From IMG/VR virus record IMGVR_UViG_3300025127_000092, positions 1 through 38,671 of that record: a stretch of 38,671 nt of DNA. The stretch is one strand, 5' to 3'. Made by a program: the position numbers and the translations under genes. Positions 8,709-17,881 of this stretch are shown here, piece after piece; position 1 is the first letter of the stretch, and each line of letters starts with the position of its first letter. The notes under the pieces were generated by a model. The model searched no databases and was not told the DNA's origin. It saw only the letters and a list, made by a program, of their open reading frames with translations. The DNA is from a virus. Lineage: Duplodnaviria; Caudoviricetes.

Positions 8709-9647
8709 ATGGCTTTTGGTAGTGCTGGTGGATATACAAACTTACCTTCAGGTAATTTTACTCCACAAATTTTTAGTCAGAAGGTTCAAAAATTCTTCAG
8801 AAGAGCATCAGTGGTAGAAGATATTACTAACACTGATTATGCTGGAGAAATTGAAAATTTTGGCGACACAGTTAAAATAATAAAAGAGCCGACAATCACT
8901 GTCCAAGATTATGCGAGAGGAACAGCTGTATCTACACAAGATTTAGCTGACGATCAATTAACTTTGGTAGTAGATCAAGGTTCATACTTTGCTTTTAAAG
9001 TAGATGATATTGAAGAAAGACAATCTCATGTAAACTTTGAAGCTCTTGCAACCTCTTCAGGTGCATATTCACTTAAGAAGTCTTACGACTACAATGTGCT
9101 TAAGTTTATCTATGACAATGCGTCAACAGATTCTAACACAGGAACTGATGGCTCACCAGCAACTGGTGGATCAGATGGTGACACTTTAGCTAAAATTGTA
9201 TCACAAGCTAAGACTGTTCTTGATAAGAATGACGTACCAGAAGAAAACAGATGGTTAGTTGCTCCACCAAAATTCTATGAAAATCTTAGAATTGCGACTG
9301 GAAAACTAATGGATCAATCAGTAATGAATGATGGTTCTACATCACAAATCAGAAATGGTTTAGTGACTGACAGACCATTATTTGGTTTCAACATGTACAC
9401 AACTAATGCTATCGTAAATGGTGGTGCTAGTGATGCTGCAAACCATGTATTCGGAACTGCATCTGGTTCAACAGAACATATTTTCTTATATGGACATATG
9501 TCAGCTGTAGCAACAGCTAACCACATAGCAAAAACTGAATTAATCAGAGACCCTGATTCATTCGCAGACATCGTTAGAGGCTTACACGTCTACGGAAGAA
9601 AAATCCTTAGAGACGAAGGTGTAAGATCTGGCGTTGTAACTTTATAA
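8709..9647 (+). CDS. Major capsid protein (HK97 fold)
   Basis: NLPSGNFTPQIFS...ITNTDYAGEIENFGDTVKIIKEP...RDPDSFADIVRGLHVYGRKILR; strong AGGAGG SD. Confidence 0.95.
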   Translation: MAFGSAGGYTNLPSGNFTPQIFSQKVQKFFRRASVVEDITNTDYAGEIENFGDTVKIIKEPTITVQDYARGTAVSTQDLADDQLTLVVDQGSYFAFKVDDIEERQSHVNFEALATSSGAYSLKKSYDYNVLKFIYDNASTDSNTGTDGSPATGGSDGDTLAKIVSQAKTVLDKNDVPEENRWLVAPPKFYENLRIATGKLMDQSVMNDGSTSQIRNGLVTDRPLFGFNMYTTNAIVNGGASDAANHVFGTASGSTEHIFLYGHMSAVATANHIAKTELIRDPDSFADIVRGLHVYGRKILRDEGVRSGVVTL

Positions 9648-9667
9648 TAGTAGGGAGGATATAGACA

Positions 9668-10114
9668 ATGGCTAATTATAATAATTCTAATTCAAATAGA
9701 ATATTAAAAGCGTCTTCTGACAAGCTAAGAGTTATGTCAGAAATTATAGACTTTACTGCTACAACAACAGCGGCAAGTGGAGACACTTTTGACGTTATCG
9801 GCATCCCAGCTAATACTTTAGTATTATCAGCGGGTGTTGATGTGTTGGTTGCTGATACTGCTGGAAACAGTGGTACAATCGCTATCGGAGATTCTGGAGA
9901 TCCAGATCAATACGTTAACGAAGTAGCACCAACTAGTACTGGTCAACAAACGTTGTTAGTTGCACCTGAAGCATATTCATCTGGTGATGATATCAGATTG
10001 ACTATCGCAACTGGAGCAATAAATGGTAAAGTTAGAGTTTGGGCAACTATGATGTCATTAGATAAAGATGGCACAGACGTTGACGGAGACTCAATGACTG
10101 CAACATTTGCATAA
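9668..10114 (+). CDS. Putative capsid decoration / minor capsid protein
   Basis: Beta-rich 148 aa directly after the MCP and before a terminator; GGGAGG SD. Confidence 0.65.
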   Translation: MANYNNSNSNRILKASSDKLRVMSEIIDFTATTTAASGDTFDVIGIPANTLVLSAGVDVLVADTAGNSGTIAIGDSGDPDQYVNEVAPTSTGQQTLLVAPEAYSSGDDIRLTIATGAINGKVRVWATMMSLDKDGTDVDGDSMTATFA

Positions 10115-10128
10115 TTAATATATATCTT

Positions 10129-10156
10129 GGGGGGAGCAATCCCCCCTTGATCTTTT
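10129..10156 (+). terminator. Intrinsic terminator, probably leaky, after the capsid genes
   Basis: GGGGGGA-GCAA-TCCCCCC stem with a GNRA loop, followed by the interrupted U-tract TTGATCTTTT. Confidence 0.75.
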
Positions 10157-10165
10157 AGGAGAACC

Positions 10166-11269
10166 ATGGCTACTACTTATCTTACATTAACTAACAGCGT
10201 ACTAAGAGAATTAAATGAGACAGAGCTAACCTCTGGCACATTTAGTTCTAGTCGTGGAATACAAACAGCTGTAAAAGATTTTATTAATAAAGGTATTCAT
10301 GATATCTATAATGAGAGTGCTGAAATACCTGTTTTATTTACAAGAGCAAGTCAAGATTTAATAATTGGAGATAATGAATATGATTTTCCAGCTGATATGC
10401 GTAGAGTTGATTTTGATTCTTTTACATTAAGACCAAAAGAATTAGTAACTAATGGAGAGTTTGCATCTGATATAAGTAATTGGACAACTGGAGATGGATC
10501 ACCATCACATACAACAAGTGGTAATGGTAGATTAAATTTAAATGATGCAGCAGCATATCAAGCTATTAATACTGTAGTAAATAAAACTTATAAATTACAA
10601 CTTAGAGTTTTAAGTCCCAACAGTTCATCAAGTGGATTAATTGTTAGAGTAGGAACATCTGCAGGTGGAACACAAAATTTAAATACTACACAAGCTGTAA
10701 CTAATTTTAGAGAAGGTGCTATATTAAATACTACATTTACAGCTACAGCACAAATATCATACATCTATGTAGAATCAGATGGTGTGCAATTAGATGTTGA
10801 TTATATTAGAATATGTAGAAGTGATTTTTCACCAAGAAAATTAAGTTATTTATCTTATGATAGTTTTTTACAAACTAGAAAAGATATTGATGATACAAAT
10901 AGTAGTGGGCAATACGCTATTCCACAATATGTTTATAGATTACCAAGCTATACTGCTTTTGGTGTAAGTCCAAGACCTGATAAAAGTGATTATACAGTTA
11001 ATTATGATTACTATACTACTCATACAGATTTATCTGCACATGGAGATAATATGAGTTTACCAGATAGATTTAGATCATTAATTGTTGATAGAGCTAAATA
11101 TTATACATACATGCTAAGATCAGATCCACAACATGCACAATTAGCAGATAGAGACTATCAAAGAAAATTAAGATTATTAAAAACAGATTACGCAACTAAA
11201 GCTGATTATATGAGATCAGATGTAATAGCAGAAAGTATTTCTACTACTATTGGAGGAACTATAAATTAA
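10166..11269 (+). CDS. Head-tail adaptor (tail tubular A-like) with an inserted CBM-like domain
   Basis: N-terminal TYLTLTNSVLRELNE and C-terminal SPRPDKSDYTV...LPDRFRSLIVDRA adaptor motifs; internal LVTNGEF...W...YQ...TFTAT beta-sandwich. Confidence 0.8.
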   Translation: MATTYLTLTNSVLRELNETELTSGTFSSSRGIQTAVKDFINKGIHDIYNESAEIPVLFTRASQDLIIGDNEYDFPADMRRVDFDSFTLRPKELVTNGEFASDISNWTTGDGSPSHTTSGNGRLNLNDAAAYQAINTVVNKTYKLQLRVLSPNSSSSGLIVRVGTSAGGTQNLNTTQAVTNFREGAILNTTFTATAQISYIYVESDGVQLDVDYIRICRSDFSPRKLSYLSYDSFLQTRKDIDDTNSSGQYAIPQYVYRLPSYTAFGVSPRPDKSDYTVNYDYYTTHTDLSAHGDNMSLPDRFRSLIVDRAKYYTYMLRSDPQHAQLADRDYQRKLRLLKTDYATKADYMRSDVIAESISTTIGGTIN

Positions 11270-11529
11270 TGTCTATTAGAGAAGAAAATAAAAAAGTTCA
11301 AGATAATGTAAGCTATAAATCTGATAAAGATAAAAAACAAGAAGATATGATGATAGCTAAATTAACTAAAAAACAAAAAGTAGTTTTAAAGAAAAAACAA
11401 AATTTAGCAAACATGATGGGTGAATCTATAGAAATAGAAAAAATTATAAATGATCCACTATTTAAAACTATAGGTAGTAAAAAAAATCCAGCTACTAAAG
11501 AAGAAATAAAAGAATTTTTAGAGGAATAA
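11269..11529 (+). CDS. Hypothetical protein (86 aa)
   Basis: TAATG-coupled charged ORF. Confidence 0.65.
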   Translation: MSIREENKKVQDNVSYKSDKDKKQEDMMIAKLTKKQKVVLKKKQNLANMMGESIEIEKIINDPLFKTIGSKKNPATKEEIKEFLEE

Positions 11530-11530
11530 T

Positions 11531-13081
11531 ATGCCAGCTACAGACTTAATATCTCCATTTGTTGTTAGTTGTTCAGGAGGATTAACACTTAATAAAGATG
11601 TATTCTCTATGCAACCTGGAGAAGCATTAATATTACAAAATTTTGAACCAGATATTAAAGGTGGTTATAGACGTGTTAGTGGAACAGCTTTATATAATAC
11701 AACACAAATACCACAAGGATCTAGTAATACTAGTTTAATTGTAGATTGTTCTATTATATTTAATGGTCAAGTAATTGTAGCTAGAGGTGGTGATATACAT
11801 AGAGGAACTACATCAGGAAGTTTTACATCATTAACAACTGGATTAGGAACTTCAACTCAAGCATATGATTTTGAAAAATTTAATTTTAATGGTACAGATA
11901 AATTAATTATAGCAACAGGTCATTCACCTGCACAAATAATTAATACTAGTTTTGCAGTTGATGTAGTAAATGCAACTGGTGGTGGAACAGCACCTACTAA
12001 TCCTAAATTTGTAAAAGCATTTCAAAACCATATGTTTTATGCTGGTGCATCTAATTCACAAGAAATTTTATTTAGTGTACCTTTTGAAGAAGATAATTTT
12101 ACATCAGCTAGTGGTGCAGGTTCATTTGTAGTTGACTCAAGTGTAGTTGGAATGAGAGTATTTAGAAATGAATTAATTATATTTTGCACTGATAGAATTT
12201 ATAAATTAACTGGAACATCAAAAACAAACTTTGCTGTACAAGAAGTTACAAGAAATATTGGATGTAGAGATGGTGGTAGCATTCAAGAGATTGGTGGTGA
12301 TGTTATATTTTTAGCACCAGATGGATTAAGAACTATTGCTGGTACAGCTAGAATTGGTGACGTTGAACTTGGATCTATATCTAGACAAATACAATCTAGA
12401 ATTGATGAAATAGGATTAAATAGAATATCATCATTAGTTATTAGATCTAAGTCACAATACAGAATATTTTATCCAACTACAGGTGGATCACAAGGTTCAT
12501 CAAAAGGTATTATTGGTGTATTAAAAAATAATCCTAATGTAGGATCTATTGGATTTGAATATGCAGATATGGTTGGTATTAAACCAGCATGTACAGATTC
12601 TGATTTTATAAGTAATGTTGAGACACAAGTATTTGGTGGATTTGATGGTTTTCTTTATAAAATGGAAACAGGAAATACATTTGCTGCAGGATCTGCAAAT
12701 AATACAATTCAAGCAGTATATAGATCACCAGATATGGTAATGGGTGATCCAGGATTAAGAAAATATATGCAAAGAGTTAATCTTAACTATCAAGGTGAAG
12801 GCTCTACTATTGATGCAAGTTTAGCATTAAGATATGATTATGATGATCAAAATAGCCCACAGCCTGCAAAGATAAGTTTACCAAATGCAGGTGGTGCTGG
12901 TCAATATGGAGCTGCTTCTTATGGCGGTTCTCTATATGATGCATCAGGTGTACCACTATTAAGACAAAGTATTGAAGGATCTGGTTTTGCAGTTGCATTA
13001 CAAATAGATGATCAAAATAGTGCAGATTCATTTTCAGTTAAAGGCTTTCAATTAGAATTTACCCCAGGAGGAAGAAGATAA
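11531..13081 (+). CDS. Tail nozzle / tail tubular protein B-like
   Basis: 516 aa, beta-propeller-like; GGL...LQNFEPDIKGGYRRVSG and FLAPDGLRT motifs; position after the adaptor. Confidence 0.8.
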   Translation: MPATDLISPFVVSCSGGLTLNKDVFSMQPGEALILQNFEPDIKGGYRRVSGTALYNTTQIPQGSSNTSLIVDCSIIFNGQVIVARGGDIHRGTTSGSFTSLTTGLGTSTQAYDFEKFNFNGTDKLIIATGHSPAQIINTSFAVDVVNATGGGTAPTNPKFVKAFQNHMFYAGASNSQEILFSVPFEEDNFTSASGAGSFVVDSSVVGMRVFRNELIIFCTDRIYKLTGTSKTNFAVQEVTRNIGCRDGGSIQEIGGDVIFLAPDGLRTIAGTARIGDVELGSISRQIQSRIDEIGLNRISSLVIRSKSQYRIFYPTTGGSQGSSKGIIGVLKNNPNVGSIGFEYADMVGIKPACTDSDFISNVETQVFGGFDGFLYKMETGNTFAAGSANNTIQAVYRSPDMVMGDPGLRKYMQRVNLNYQGEGSTIDASLALRYDYDDQNSPQPAKISLPNAGGAGQYGAASYGGSLYDASGVPLLRQSIEGSGFAVALQIDDQNSADSFSVKGFQLEFTPGGRR

Positions 13082-14562
13082 TGGCAGGATATTCAGCACG
13101 ACAATCCACATTTACAACAGGAGATACTATACTTGCAGCTCATTCTAATGATGAGTTTAACCAATTATTAGCATCTTTTAATGCAACAACAGGACACACG
13201 CATGATGGAACTGCGGGTGAAGGTGGGCCTGTAACATCTATTAGAGATTCTAATACTTTAAACAGAGTATTAGTAGATTCAACTAATAATCATTTAGAAT
13301 TTTATGTAAATGTATCCTCATCATCTGTACAACAATTAAGAATACAAGATGGTGCGATTGTTCCTATAACTGATAATGATATTGATTTAGGAACATCTAG
13401 TTTAGAATTTAAAGATGCATTTTTTGATGGGACAGTAGAGGCTGATGCAATAACTATTGGTGGCACTAATGTTACTTCTTTATTTGCTTCTTTATCAGGT
13501 GCAAATACTTTTACAGGTAATATAGAAATAGATGTAGCATCAGGAGATCCTGCAATTATATTAGATACACAAGGTGCAGATAAGTTTCACTTTGCAGTAG
13601 ATGATTCAGATTCAGATAATTTAGTAATTAAATCGGGTGGAACTGTTGGTTCAGGAAATGGATTAAAATTAAATAGTTCAGGTGATTTAACTATTGATGG
13701 TAATGCTATTATAACTGGAGATATTACAGTTACTGGTGATGATATTACTATGGGAACTAATACTGCAGGTAATTTATTAATTGCAGATGGTACACATTTT
13801 AATTCTGTAGCAGTAGGATCATTATCAGAAATATCTACAGTTGCAGCAGACGATGTTTTATTAGCAGTAGATACTTCAGGTGGTGGTCTTAAAAAAATTT
13901 CTAGATCAACATTAGTATCTGGACTTGCTACATCTTCAGCAATATCAAATGTTGTAGAGGATACTACGCCACAACTTGGTGGTAATTTAGATGTTAATGG
14001 TCAAGATATTGTTTCAACATCAAACGCAAATATTGATATTATACCTAATGGATCTGGTATAGTTAATCTTGATGGTACAGAAGTAAGTGATGGTTTAATT
14101 GAATTAAAAACTGGAACTGGTAGTGTTGCTAAAGTTAAATTTTATTGTGAGTCTGGAAATGCTCATGCACAAACATTGCAAGCACAACCACACTCAGCAG
14201 CTAGTTCAGCAATTTTAACATTACCTGTAGCAACTGGTACACTAGTTGGAACAGGAGATACTGGTTCAGTATCAAATGATATGTTAGCTGGATCTATTGC
14301 AGCTTCAAAATTAGCTGGAAGTATTCCTGATAGTAAATTATCTACAATTAGTACAGCAGGTAAAGTAGATTTAGCAGCATTAGAAATAGATGGTGGAACA
14401 GATATTGGTGCTGATTTAACTACATCAGATTTAATTATAGTTGATGATGGTGCAGGTGGAACAAATAGAAAAGCAGCATTATCAAGATTAATAACATTAG
14501 TAGATGCTAATGCAGGTTTTGCAACAAAAGGTTTTGCAACAGCAATGGCAATTGCATTATAA
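13081..14562 (+). CDS. Tail fibre protein
   Basis: N-terminal anchor (NDEFNQL...GHTHDG), PITDNDIDLG and DTTPQLGGNLDVNG fibre motifs, C-terminal FATAMAIAL. Confidence 0.85.
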   Translation: MAGYSARQSTFTTGDTILAAHSNDEFNQLLASFNATTGHTHDGTAGEGGPVTSIRDSNTLNRVLVDSTNNHLEFYVNVSSSSVQQLRIQDGAIVPITDNDIDLGTSSLEFKDAFFDGTVEADAITIGGTNVTSLFASLSGANTFTGNIEIDVASGDPAIILDTQGADKFHFAVDDSDSDNLVIKSGGTVGSGNGLKLNSSGDLTIDGNAIITGDITVTGDDITMGTNTAGNLLIADGTHFNSVAVGSLSEISTVAADDVLLAVDTSGGGLKKISRSTLVSGLATSSAISNVVEDTTPQLGGNLDVNGQDIVSTSNANIDIIPNGSGIVNLDGTEVSDGLIELKTGTGSVAKVKFYCESGNAHAQTLQAQPHSAASSAILTLPVATGTLVGTGDTGSVSNDMLAGSIAASKLAGSIPDSKLSTISTAGKVDLAALEIDGGTDIGADLTTSDLIIVDDGAGGTNRKAALSRLITLVDANAGFATKGFATAMAIAL

Positions 14563-14573
14563 CAGGAGGATAA

Positions 14574-14900
14574 ATGGCTCAAGATTTTGAATCAAATGGT
14601 GCACAGATAACAAACTCAAACACTACAATATTTACATCAAACTCTGATGATGCAATTGTTGGCTTAAGATTAGCTAACATTACTACATCAACAGTAACAT
14701 GTAGTATATTTGTAAGTGAAAGCGGATCAACAACAAGATATCTTGTAAAAGATTTAAGTATACCGCCAGCAAGTTCTGTAGAACTAGTTAATGGTGGAGC
14801 TAAAATCGTATTACAAAATGGAGATATATTAAAAGGTATTTCATCTGCAGCGAGTAGTGTTGATGTTTGGTGCAGTGTTGTAGACAGCATTAGTACATAA
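14574..14900 (+). CDS. Tail-fibre-associated small beta protein
   Basis: AGGAGG SD; LANIT...LVKDLSIP...KIVLQNGD pattern of proteins that follow AMAIAL-ending fibres. Confidence 0.75.
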   Translation: MAQDFESNGAQITNSNTTIFTSNSDDAIVGLRLANITTSTVTCSIFVSESGSTTRYLVKDLSIPPASSVELVNGGAKIVLQNGDILKGISSAASSVDVWCSVVDSIST

Positions 14901-14918
14901 TAATTATAGAGAGGTAAC

Positions 14919-15095
14919 ATGGCGGCAACAATAAACGGAGTTTTATATATAGGCGATAAGCCTGCATCTGAGGATGTATTTGAACATGCATCAACGATGG
15001 ATGAAAATATGTTAATTGAAGGAAACGCAGTATTAGCAGGACCAGTAGCATTTGCTGCAACTGTTACAGTTTCTGGAACATTGGTAATAGTATAA
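14919..15095 (+). CDS. Fibre connector micro-protein (58 aa), not in ORF track
   Basis: GAGG SD; MAATING...GNAVLAGPV...SGTLVIV; TAATG-coupled to the next gene. Confidence 0.8.
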   Translation: MAATINGVLYIGDKPASEDVFEHASTMDENMLIEGNAVLAGPVAFAATVTVSGTLVIV

Positions 15096-16411
15096 TGAGT
15101 AAAATAGAAGTAAATACAATTGAACCACAATGCGGAACTACTTTAACACTAGGTGCTTCTGGTGATACGGTAACTTTAGCAAGTGGTGCATCACAATCTG
15201 GTTTTGGTAGATCAGGATCAGTCAATTGGCAGACAAGTATTAAAACAGGTGATTTTACAGCAGTTAGTGGTGAAGGTTATTTTATAAATACAACTAGTGG
15301 AGCTATTACAATGACTCTTCCTGCATCACCAAGTGTAGGGGACATAGTTGCTTTTAAAGATTATGCAGGAACTTTTGATACTAATAACTTAACAGTTAAT
15401 AGAAATGGATCTAATATTATAGGTGGTACACTTAATCCAGTAGTCGAAGTTGAAGGTCAGGCAGGGACTTTAGTATATGGAGATGCAACACAAGGTTGGC
15501 AAATTGTTGAAGCCGCTACAGATGCAGATTTACCAAGACCTTCGTTCGTAACAGCCACAGGTGGGACAGTTACAACAGTTTGTACAAATTTTAAAGTTCA
15601 CACATTTACAGGACCTGGAACATTTACGGTAACAAATGCAGGTAATTCATCAGGCTCAAATACAGTATCTTATATGGTAGTTGCAGGAGGTGCAGGTGGT
15701 GGTGGATTTGGCGGAGGTGGTGCAGGAGGTTTTAGAGAAGGTAGAACCCCTACTTGTTCTTACACAGTTTCACCTTTAAATGCACCAGCAGGTCTACCAG
15801 TTACAGCTACAGGTTATCCTATTACAGTTGGGGCAGGTGGCGGTGCAGCACCAAGAGGGTGCTCAGGATCTAATTCAATATTCTCAACAATAACATCGGC
15901 TGGCGGTGGTGGAGGCGGTGGATATGGTCCAAGTATTGCAAGCGGTAATCCAGGTGGATCTGGTGGTGGAGGAGGTGCTCCCACTAGTGCTCCACATCCT
16001 GGACAACCTGGAGGAACAGGAAACACACCTCCTGTAAGTCCTCCTCAAGGAAAAGATGGTGGATCTGGAAGAACTGGAGCTGCAGCTGGTGGAGGTGCAG
16101 GTGGTGCTACTGTTGCTGGAATAGGTGGATCTTGTACACCAGCACCTAATGCAGGAGGAAATGGTGGAGCAGGAGCAACGACAAGTATTAATGGAACACC
16201 AACAGTGTTTTCTGGTGGTGGAGGAGGTGCAGGTGGAGCAACTGTAGGTAATGGTGGATCAGGTGGTGGCGGTAATGGTGGCACATCTCCAGGTACTCCA
16301 GCGGCAGTTGCAGGAACTGTAAATACTGGTGGTGGAGGTGGAGGTGCTTATACTGGATCAGGAGCAGCAGGTGGTTCAGGCATAGTAATAATAAGATACA
16401 AATTTCAATAG
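15095..16411 (+). CDS. Glycine-rich fibre-tip / receptor-binding-like protein 1
   Basis: MSKIEVNTI N-terminus, TLPASPSVGD beta domain, KVHTF...VVAGGAGG polyglycine domain, ends GSGIVIIRYKFQ. Confidence 0.8.
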   Translation: MSKIEVNTIEPQCGTTLTLGASGDTVTLASGASQSGFGRSGSVNWQTSIKTGDFTAVSGEGYFINTTSGAITMTLPASPSVGDIVAFKDYAGTFDTNNLTVNRNGSNIIGGTLNPVVEVEGQAGTLVYGDATQGWQIVEAATDADLPRPSFVTATGGTVTTVCTNFKVHTFTGPGTFTVTNAGNSSGSNTVSYMVVAGGAGGGGFGGGGAGGFREGRTPTCSYTVSPLNAPAGLPVTATGYPITVGAGGGAAPRGCSGSNSIFSTITSAGGGGGGGYGPSIASGNPGGSGGGGGAPTSAPHPGQPGGTGNTPPVSPPQGKDGGSGRTGAAAGGGAGGATVAGIGGSCTPAPNAGGNGGAGATTSINGTPTVFSGGGGGAGGATVGNGGSGGGGNGGTSPGTPAAVAGTVNTGGGGGGAYTGSGAAGGSGIVIIRYKFQ

Positions 16412-17881
16412 GTAACATATGACAAGTACAATTAAAGTAAATACAATACAAAATACATGTGGAGCAGACATTATAAAAGAGTCTGGCAACACAATAACTT
16501 TAGGTGCAAGTGGTGATACAGTTACTCTTGCATCAGGTGCATCACAATCTGGTTTTGGTAGAACAGGAACTGTTGATTGGCAAACAGGAGATATTAAAAC
16601 ATCTACATTTACAGCTGAAAATGGAAAAGGTTATTTTTGTGATACAAATAGTGGTGGTTTTGAAGTAGATTTACCAGCAGGATCTGCTGGTGCAATAGTT
16701 TCAATACAAGATTATAGAAATACTTTTGATGATAATAATTTAACAATTGATCCAAATGGTTCAGAAAAAATTAATGGTGGTGCTGCAGGTGCAACAGTTA
16801 TTTTAAGAACTGAAGGTTTAGGAATAACTTTTGTGTACATAGATTCAACGATAGGTTGGAGATCAGTGCATAGTAATGAATATTCAACAGCTGGACAAGT
16901 ACCTGCTTTTATTGCAGCAACAGGCGGAACAGTAACAACAGTTTGTACAAATTTTAAAGTTCATACATTTACAAGTCCAGGCACATTTTGTGTATCAAAC
17001 GCAGGTAATAGTTCAGGTTCAAATACAATTTCATATATGGTAGTAGCAGCTGGTGGAGGTGGTGGTGGAGCTAATCGACCAAATGGTAACTATGCATCTG
17101 GAGCAGGTGGTGGAGCTGGAGGTTTTAGAGAAGGTAAATCAACTTTTTGTACTTTTACAGCATCTCCTTTAGCTACAACAGGATTACCAGTTACAGCAAC
17201 AGGATTTCCAATTACAATAGGTGCTGGTGGAGCAAATGCCCCAGCAGCAGGAGAAACACCTGCATCAAGTGGTTCAAATACTATATTTTCAACTATTACA
17301 TCAGCTGGAGGTGGTGGCGCAAGTTCTCATAATTCATCTACTAGTGGTCGTCCTGGAGGATCAGGAGGTGGTGGATCATATTCAACTGTATCCGCTGGAA
17401 CAGTAGGTGGATGTGGAAATACTCCAGCAGTATCTCCTCCTCAAGGTCGTAATGGTGGAAATGGTGTTGTTAGTGCTTGTGCTGGAACCTGTGGTTATAA
17501 TGGTGGGGGTGGTGGTGGAGCAACCGCTGTTGGTGGAAATACAACTAAAGTTAAAGGTGGTGATGGAGGAGCAGGAGCAACAACAAACATTAACGGGTCA
17601 CCAAATGCTTTTGGTGGTGGCGGTGGTGGTGGTGTTTATAAATGCACTGGTTGCACAGGTGCTAATGGAAGTGGTGCAGGCGGAACAGGTGGTGGTGGAC
17701 CAGGTGGTCCTGCAGCAGGTTCTACTGCAACAGGAAATGGTCAAAACGGAACTGCTAATACTGGTGGTGGTGCTGGTGGTGGTTCAACAGGAAATAATGG
17801 AGGAACAGGACCAGCTACTGGTGGGACAGGTGGTTCAGGTGTAGTAATTATAAGGTACAAATTTCAATAGGTAACATATGA
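16397..17881 (+). repeat. 26-bp exact direct repeat at paralogue junctions (16397-16422 and 17856-17881)
   Basis: TACAAATTTCAATAGGTAACATATGA occurs at both junctions and spans stop codon, spacer and start codon. Confidence 0.9.
16419..17870 (+). CDS. Glycine-rich fibre-tip / receptor-binding-like protein 2
   Basis: Paralogue of 15095-16411 with the same architecture. Confidence 0.8.
   Translation: MTSTIKVNTIQNTCGADIIKESGNTITLGASGDTVTLASGASQSGFGRTGTVDWQTGDIKTSTFTAENGKGYFCDTNSGGFEVDLPAGSAGAIVSIQDYRNTFDDNNLTIDPNGSEKINGGAAGATVILRTEGLGITFVYIDSTIGWRSVHSNEYSTAGQVPAFIAATGGTVTTVCTNFKVHTFTSPGTFCVSNAGNSSGSNTISYMVVAAGGGGGGANRPNGNYASGAGGGAGGFREGKSTFCTFTASPLATTGLPVTATGFPITIGAGGANAPAAGETPASSGSNTIFSTITSAGGGGASSHNSSTSGRPGGSGGGGSYSTVSAGTVGGCGNTPAVSPPQGRNGGNGVVSACAGTCGYNGGGGGGATAVGGNTTKVKGGDGGAGATTNINGSPNAFGGGGGGGVYKCTGCTGANGSGAGGTGGGGPGGPAAGSTATGNGQNGTANTGGGAGGGSTGNNGGTGPATGGTGGSGVVIIRYKFQ

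Noticed and set aside
9630-9670. Capsid read-through or frameshift extension (T7 10B-like)
   Set aside because: Double stop TAATAG, no clear slippery heptamer, and the next gene has its own strong SD.
14163-15130. Long minus-strand ORFs (139 and 183 aa)
   Set aside because: They are antisense to well-supported tail genes; stop-free reverse frames are expected from the codon bias.
15814-16284. Pro-rich minus-strand ORFs
   Set aside because: These are antisense shadows of GGT/GGA glycine codons.
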